DNA of 62,450 nt, the filler included, from Stramenopiles sp. TOSAG23-3 (Eukaryota), in the NCBI GenBank assembly GCA_900128585.1. It is 8 parts of 8 records of this genome, joined end to end, with 100 filler letters (N's around TTAATTAATTAA, not from the genome) between each part and the next. Parts side by side here need not be neighbours in the genome. Positions count along the whole stretch, not along the records: positions 1 to 11,356 come from LT642743.1; 7 more parts are not named here. One strand, given 5' to 3'. The notes under the pieces were generated by a model. It did not search any database, had not been told where the DNA came from, and was given only the letters and a program-made list of their open reading frames with translations. The translations under genes and the position numbers were made by a program. Within the stretch, counting starts at the first letter, position 1; each line of letters starts with the position of its first letter. Of the stretch, positions 1-9,000 are shown in pieces.

Positions 1-1
1 T

Positions 2-3000
2 TGCACCGACGCCTTCGACGATCGACAGTTTTTGACTCTTGCTTAAACGCAATATACCCTTCGATACGTCCATTATTTTGCCTCTGTTCAATTGGACGTA
101 AGCAGAAGTGATTTCTAATGTAGACGTCAGTGGCGTAATTGTTGTAGGAGTTTTGTAAACAGACAGGATATCGTTTCCATGTTGGTCCTGTAAATTTATT
201 TTTCCCACTTCGCCAGTACCCGACGATTTACCGGGCAGTATGTTGACCGATCCCCCATTCCCGTTGCTGGAGGTGTTTGAAGCACTTTGTCCTATTATTT
301 TAAAACTCGAAGCACTACCGTTTGAAGCCATTTGAGGCCGTTTTATCGTAAAATCTTTGTCTTCTCCGATATCCATTGTATCATCATTGTTTAATGCTAT
401 ACGAGATTTCAAAACACCAGTGCTGTCGGCCGTGAAGAATGACAATTTTCCGCCCATCAACCCATTGGTGTTGTCTTGCACTCGGCCCACTATCCTACTT
501 ACTGAAGCGCGGCTGCTGCTGTTGAAGCCATCGAATTTTATTGTGCCAACAGCATCGCCATTCTGCGACGGCGTTGGGATCCCAGTCGGGTCTGTCTCGT
601 TTCTGTCCCGAGATAATACAATCGTTGCGCCCATACTGCCCGCGTTCGAAGACGCAACCCTGGCAAAAAATACTTCATCCAATCGCGACTCAATTGCAAC
701 TGCAGCAGGGGGCTGAAAGTAATTTCCAGCGGAGATATTTCCCATTTGAACCAATCTTATCATTTGCAACGACGTTTCACTAGCACTAGACCCTTCTGCT
801 TTTATCAATGCGCCCGTCGAAGATTCGCCAGAAGAGGACGACGATACATATATACCATTGCCATCTTTCAAGCTGTTGGCCCGAACGTCCAGCATATTTC
901 CACTTCCTTGCTTGTTCGCTTCAATTTTTAGCATAGAGCCACCGTTGTTGTTCATGCTGCTCCCAGATGAAACCAATTTTAGTGCGGAGCCAGACGTCAG
1001 CCCGTCGCCTTTTATTACAGCAATGTCTCCCGTTTTCATGCTTATCGCGGATACAAGAACAGGATTTTCAGCATTCACGGCCGTAGTCTTGATGTCCAGG
1101 AGCTTCCCAGTAGTCAAGGTTTCCCAAGGGCTGTGAACGGCACTGCCCCAGACGACAGAGTTTTGGGATTGAATTTTGTACCCAGCTTGATTTGTCAGCG
1201 GTACATAATCCACTGTCGTATAAATAGAAAACGTTGTCGGCCCACTGTTACTATACGTCGTGTTGCTAGGACAAACGACAGACGCGAGCTTTCCCCCAAC
1301 AACGTTTCCAAACAGGGATACTACCAGAGTAGAACTGTTGGGGTAAGATGAAGCCCCAATGACGGTTTTTCCATCCGTTGAAACGGTACAATTACCAATA
1401 TCACTATCGTTTTGGAAAATCGCAAAATTAGACCCAATTGTGATATCATGACCAATTTTCAAAGACCTTGAAGGAGTGAACTCCACTGTCAAATCCCCCA
1501 GTGCATTGCCGCCTATGTACGAAATAGACCGATGCGCCCTTTTCCAGACTACGCTGTAATAATCTGTAATGTCGTATTTTGCTTGTACCGGTATCAAGTT
1601 CTTGCTAGACCAAATTTGAAACGTGGCGGTAGAATGTTGGTCACTGTTTGCTCGTAAATTGTTCGAGCATTGCACCAGCAAGTTGGAGCCGGCCATGATC
1701 TTTGAAGACCCCACACGAATGGTTAACTTGCCGGAAGAAATGCGAGCGTCAAGGAAAGGAACATTGTATTTACCGTGCATCAGTGTGCAGAATATGTTTC
1801 CATCTTCTAAAAATATGGGGTCGGAGGTTGGCTCGAAGAAAATGTCGTCGCCTTGAACCAGGGTGGTCTCTACCGTAAAGGAAAAGATGATGTCGCCTCC
1901 GTGTAATTTTGACGTGTAAGTTGTCGAACGGGACACTTGTGCCCCCGTCACCGAATTGGTCTGCTTGATAGCATATGCGGCGGTCTTGCTGTTGGGCACG
2001 GCATGACTGGAGGACACTACATCAAAATGCACGGGACCGGCACTTGTGTGTGTAGTGTTCGACGAATCGCACACCAACTTCACAAGCTCGCCGCGTTTTA
2101 ATACTGACGCAATATGGACGATTAGCACTTCAGACGACTCGTTGCGGCTTATGCTGCTGCGCGATACGTCCCCCCCATTGATAGTGCACGTCACATTGTC
2201 CCCACCCAGGGATATTCCGGGGGACGCAGTTACGTTCATCTGCCCCGAGGCAGGGATAGTGTGGCGCGGAATGAATTCAAAAACGACAGGGCCGCCAGTC
2301 ACTCCCAAAACGTACGAACCCTGGCGAGATATGTTTTTAACATCCACGGAATTAGGGTCATCAATCGTGTATCCCTTTAAATTCGACAGAATGGTCGGGT
2401 TTGCAGATGTGTAAATGCTAAATTCCACGTTCCCGTAATAATTAATTCTAAGGTTGCTGGAGCACGCAATTACCACTTCATAACCCGGTACAACGTCTTG
2501 TAGGACACGCACAGAGAGGATGTTTCCCCCAGAAACTTCGCTGTAACTCTCCAATGATACCCCATTGTTTGTTACAACGCAGCTTACGCTTTTTGCGACG
2601 GCATGATGCTCGAAGACGTCGATGCTAGACGAAACATTAATAACGTCCCCCGAACGGAGAACAGTCTGCGGTGAGAAAGAAATCGCAATTTGTCCTAGTC
2701 CTGGGTTGTTGTAGATTCCGAGTGCAGTGCCGGTCGTGAGATTTCCAACGTGTATGGCGTGTGCAACACCGTCCAAAATATTATTCGCCTTCAGCAACAG
2801 TGCCGTGCCCTCCTCTATCCTAGAGTTGCTCTTTTCACCATTGACGACCAAGCCGCCGTGGTGCAAATTCATTGTAGCTGCTCCAGTTGCGTGCGAGAAA
2901 TCAACGTAGCCACTGTTTATAGTAACGTTTTCGCTCGTCGTCAGTCCCGTGAAATATCCCGGAGTCAATCCACTAAATTGGGGGTCTCCCCGATCGTTAT

Positions 3001-6000
3001 GCTTTGTGCACATCCAATTAGTATCCCCATCGGTGGAAACACACTCAACTACCGGGGTGCTGAAGCCAATCCGCATTCCACCCTTTTCCAGTGTATAGTG
3101 GTTGTTAATGACGTTGTTCGCTCTGGGCATCAGAAAATATCCCGTGAAAGTACCCGGGGACTTGTCGGCGATAATTGTTATCTTATGTCCAGCTTGTCCG
3201 ACAAGAGAACGAGTCAAACGGCACGCCAATTGCCCTTCGTGCACTGTGGCCGTCTCAAAAGTAGTGGCGATCGACGAGCCGTCCAGTAAAACGAGCCCGG
3301 CAGTTCGCCGGCTGTCTCCAAGGGCACTAATTTTGTACACCATGCCTCTCATCGATAAACTGCAAAAGGAACCTAAAATTACAACATGGTCGCCTACGAC
3401 GAAGTCATGAGACGTTTCGTTTAGGGTAAGGGTCTTCGTCGCGTCTGAAATATTCGCGATGTGAACGTTCGAAGTCTGGCCAAGAAAGGGGAGGAATAAT
3501 CGATTCCGGGAGTTCTTGGAAACGACCGTCACCGTACTTGCATTGGGTGGAATGTAGGCCACTGACTTATTAAACGCGATTGGGATTGGTGGCACATTCA
3601 GCATGCCTGCAACATACAGCGCGCCGCGTACAATCGTCCTGTCGTTTATCGTATCGAGGGTCAGCAGGCCAGGCTTTGATTCGGCGCCGAATTCAACAGA
3701 AGTGGGGTCTAGATTTCGTATTTTGACGTCTGTTCCTTGGCCAGTCTGGGATAGATCGATCCCACCCCCCTGAATCACCAGCCTGTCTTGAACTGTCAAA
3801 CTCCCCGACACTACCGTGTCTCCGTTGACAGAAAGCGTTCCATTGACCTGCACTTGCTCGTCATCCAGAGCGGTAGAAAACGACAAAATACCTGGTAGAT
3901 GCTTGGTTCCTATTTGAAAGGCCGGGTCGAGTTGTTCTGGGATTTGTATCACCGTATTGGTTTTCATCACAATGGGTTCTATTCCTGGCCCATTCTCCCC
4001 ACCAGCAAATACAACTTCTCCGTGCAGGGTTGTGCTGCCGACAATTTCGATATCAGGTGCGACTCGTACGCCCGGTTTGCTGGCTGTCGATTCGATTGTC
4101 AGGGCACTTGCACGCGTTCGAATGACTCTACCACTAAACGGTTGATACCAGTCGGACAGTATGTTGCCCTCAAACCCCGCCGTTAACTGCTCAAAGGCGG
4201 GCACCGAGGAACTGTTGACCAGGGAGAAAGTGTTTTTTGTTACAGTTTCTATTTCGAATTCCTGGCCATTGAGGATCTTCAAGTAGGGACCTTGGATATG
4301 CAGGGTGTTGGGACTAAACAGCAGGCCGACGGACGGCGAGGTCTCTATGGGGGTGATAGGAACTCTGACGCTAACTTCACTGTCGCTTCTTATCTCGACT
4401 TTTCTCTCGGCGTGATTTCTAGGCTGCGCTGCCTGAGAAGACGTTATATTCTCGACGTTCAAGACGCAGTCCGTTCGCGCGGGCAGAAACGTAACCGTGG
4501 ACAGAGAAGACAGCACAAAGGATATATTCAAAATATCAGAGGCGATTTCTGTCGTCAATTGCCACTTGATGCCTTGGCAATCGTCAGGGGTTTGCGTAAA
4601 AATAGATGGGATCCCTTCAGTGGTAAAACCGGGAAGTAATATTCTGATCTCGTCGTGGACACCAACGTTTGACGAGCTTGCAAAAGTGTACCGGACACGA
4701 ACTTTCTGTTCTGCTCGAATATCACTGGAGTTCTCACCCGTCAGAAGTTCTAACGTGTTTTTCAATAATATGGAACCAATTGCTGTTGAAGTTTCGATTG
4801 CGCCAGAAAACAGAGTACTGGTGCCTGCCAAGGCCTTTATCACTAGTTTGCGATGATTGTCATTAGGCGCTTGGGGTTGCTTTGGTGTCACCAGATCACG
4901 AATTGCAAGTTTGCACTCGTTCCCTTGATCAACGGATCCACTCGCACGGTTCAACCTTACGATAGACGAGCCAGCCAACCACTCAACGGACCACGTTGTG
5001 TTACCACACTCTGAATTGCTCGGGTCAAATTTTATGCCTGCCAATGAGGACGAAAACTGTGGAAGGGAAATTTCAATTTGTCCCACTTCTGACAAACGTC
5101 TTGTCAATGTGAATTGTAATAATATGTTCGTGGGGCTGTTGACTCGAGGGTTTCGAACAACCAGACGTGTAGCGATAGCGCTCAATCCCACCGGGGGAGA
5201 ATACTTCACCGGCATCGTTGCGATTTCTGAATTGGTGGAAGTTGAAGAATAAATTGCCACTGTCCGTTCCGCATAATTTTCAGGCTGCGACGCATTCGGA
5301 GATGTTGACAAATGGAACGAAAGCTGGCATACTTGAAGCGCTTTTAGCACACCGCTAAACGTCGCATTAAGACATGCTCGTGCTTTGTCCCATTCCAGCG
5401 AAACGCTGCCGCATCCTGTGGTATTTACATTAGCACTGAAGTCACTCTGGAATCCTGGCAAGCAGAGAACCACCTTTGTAGACGCAGGCAAGTCTTTCCC
5501 GACTGCAAAAGTGTAATGAAGCGTGAGAGACTTATTTTTTTCAACGAAATATTCATCTCCGTCCCCGGTGTGAAGCCTGTTGATAAAGATAGGATTCCCA
5601 ACTCGGGTAGAAAGATCGGCCTGCAAAGAGAATGTCCTATTTCCAATACTTGATTTTACCGATATTACTTTTAAAGCAGCCCCAAGGGCTTTTGAGGGAG
5701 TTTGTGGCCCAATGATTGCAATTTTGCACGTCTGGTGCGATTCCAATACTCCACGCCAAATAGTAATGTTTGCTACCCTTTGTTCGGGATCCCACGTTAG
5801 ATTGAACCGCTGCACACCGGGACATACCGTCGTGCGATAATTTATGTACGGGGTGGTGGTAAAGATAGAAAATGCATCCATAGTCAAACCTATTGAATCT
5901 CCTTTCAACATCTGGATTGTTGGCTGAAACGTATACACAAAGGTGGTATTCCACTCTGTGCTTGGTATTCCAAACAGACCACTCAATACAACACGGTCTC

Positions 6001-9000
6001 CGGCCTGGTATTTATGGCCAACGCCCTCTTTTGTTAAGGTGTGCACATTGATCCCGCCTTTAGTGTTTCTCGTGATTGTCTCAACAGAGACAGACGCTTG
6101 TTTGTTCACTTTCAGCAGCTTCATCCGGCCAGAGTACGGGTGAGTGCCAACCAACGACAAAGGTGGCTCATGGCTCAAAACGAATTCGTTCGTGTTTTCG
6201 ACATTGGATACGAACATAGTGGCGCCGTTTAAAACATTCGCGTTACCAGTGGCACCCTGCACGACAAGCTCGTCGTCTACGAGGAACGAGTGACGAAGCC
6301 GGTGGGCACGAAAATGAGCCTTGCTGTCTGTCCCCGTAAACTGGCGAAGGCCTTCCGCCAATTCGATAATTTTTGATGTCAACTTGATTAGCTTGCCGGT
6401 CATATTTTTACCACAGGATGCAAATTTGTCGTCATCCTCGCCCCATCGGCTGCGGACAAGGAGCCACTCAGACGAGTTGCTTTCAACGGAGAACCGGACG
6501 CCATTCAAATGATTGTTGCAGGACAAATCCGCGAAACTGATAACATCCCCAATCTTTAAATTATTCAAGTGTGCAGCATCCTTAAATTCAACCTTTCGTA
6601 CATTATTTCCGTTGTTTGTAAGGTTGGCGATCGGGTAAATTGTCGTCGCATTGGCCTTCATGACCACCACTTTCCCCCGTGAATCATACAGGTTATAGTT
6701 GGAGGTACCACTACCCCCCATGTTCAGTTTGAATGAGTATCGATCACCATCTGCCAAATCAATATCGAAAGATTCCCCATTTACTTCATACATTCCAATT
6801 ACGTTTTGGATAACAACACGGTCTCCCTTCACCAGGTGATGCTCAAGCGTAGTGATAATTTTTGGAACGTTTTCCCGAGATATGGAAGAAATGTCAAGCA
6901 CAAGTCTGCGATCGATGACACCCGCAAACCCCCCAACGCCTTCGCCGGGCGTGTTATTCCGTTCGAAACAGTTATACGAGTTTGCAGGTTTCTTCCACTT
7001 ATTAAAATCGTCAAATTTTGCATATTTAGAATAACACGTAGAAAATTCAATCGTTTTTGGCGAGACTACTGTAATGATCGATTCAGCAGCGTTCAGATCC
7101 GTAAAACCCCGTACGCCTGCTAACATAACCGTGTCGAGTTGCGCAAGTTCGTGATTAGCATACGTCGTCATCTGTGGCAGCTTAGGAGACGCGCTCACGG
7201 ACGCGCTTACTGCCGCAAACGCATCTGCCCAAGCGATTTGGAACGCGCTTTCTTCTCCACCTTTCAGTTCAATGGTAGCAGGCCCGTTAAACTTTATTTT
7301 CTGGTCGATCCCTTTAAATTCCAAGTCCCTCAAGAAGGTTGCTTTGTCTCGAATTTTTAATGAGCTCATCACGTCAATCCTTTCATTTTCGGTTTTGGTA
7401 TTAATATTAAGCATGAGTTTATGAACGACCCCACTGACAAATGGGTCGCTGGAGGTAGAATCAAACCCATCCAAATAGAATTGGGTTTCGTTGTATTTTG
7501 TGATCTGAAAAATTCGGTTGTTTACTTGGGGCATCCCTTGAACGTTTTCCATAATTACGAACTCTCCATTCACCAGATTGTGACGCGCAGGGGATGTGTC
7601 GACTTTGGCAGTCTCGGCTTTGCTTATGTGCCGGATTGCCGTCCCACTGGTAGAATAGCGGAAAGCGTTATACGAGTTGCCAGGGACGATAATCGATGCA
7701 CCGTCTGAGGCCTGGGTTCCCTCAAACTTGATAAGGCCACCTTCAAGTTTTAGTTGACCTTTTACATTAATGTCAGAAAAGTCCCCTCCAGACTTCCCAG
7801 AACTCTTTACCTGACCATCACTGTTGCGTTGCTCGCATACCCATTTCGAGTCATCGTTTACTGTGATGCAATCAATTATGTTGACCTCCTTCACTACTGT
7901 CAGGGCGCTTTCGGCATTGATGGATTCACTTGTGGATCCAGGCGAGACTGACAGCTTAAACCCTTCATAATTTTTGTCAGCGACAATCGTGATACGCCAC
8001 CCTCCTTTCACCGTTGACACTGGTGGGAGATACAAAGTGTTTGCCTCACCGCTAGACTCAAGCACAATTAATGAATTCTTTTCGCACTTGCTACCAACAA
8101 GGTTATGGTTGTTATTTTCCATTTTTATCTTGCAAGGCATTTCTCGGATTGTTCCCTGTACAGACAGCGCACCGTTGATTTCGACAACCCCGGATACTGT
8201 ATCAAAATTTATGAGCGGGTCTTCCTCCGCGGAGAAGGACAAACTGGATGTTTCATGATCTCGAATTTGAATCGTCGTCGCTTGCGCGGTTAGATCGATA
8301 ATTGGGGTATTTATCACGAGGGAGTCGTTTGCAACCTGCAGACGAACATCGCCGCCTTCATCGAGAAAGTCGACCGTACCGCCAGCGCCTGAAGCAGTCT
8401 CGTTGTTTCCACTGTTGTACCCACTTGAGGGGGATCCCGGACGTATTACTATGGATCCACCAGTTCTGTTGGACCCCCCCGCATTGCCCGCAACAATCGA
8501 TATATCCCCGCCTTTTCCAATAACCGCGTCTTGTCCCTTGATGATCGTTTTTGACCCAACGCCGTGCTGAAAGAAGTTCGTGACCTTGGGTTCTGCCCTC
8601 CGGATTATGAACGCGTTATTGCTTTGCCCGTTGCCAAGTATCATTTCATTTCCATTGTTGAGCGTCATGTGCTCCATTGGCTCATCCCACCCCGGCGCCT
8701 TCGTCTTGAATGTCAGTTTTCCTCCGGTAAATTTATTCGTGGCCGATTTAGATTGTTGAACAAAACTTTCTATGGCTGCAACCGACTGGCGTACGAACAC
8801 TTTTGATGAGGAAGCATTGCTAGAATTGCTCAGGAGTCCATCAAATGAAATTTTTCCAACCATGTCGCCATCTATTGTCGAAGCTATCGCACCTCCGGCG
8901 GAGCGCGACCGAGCAAGAGTCATGTGCGCAGCGTCATTTGCGTCGTTCGTTTTCGCGTGCAAAAATATTCCTTCCGACGAAAACGTTTCGATAGCTAACG

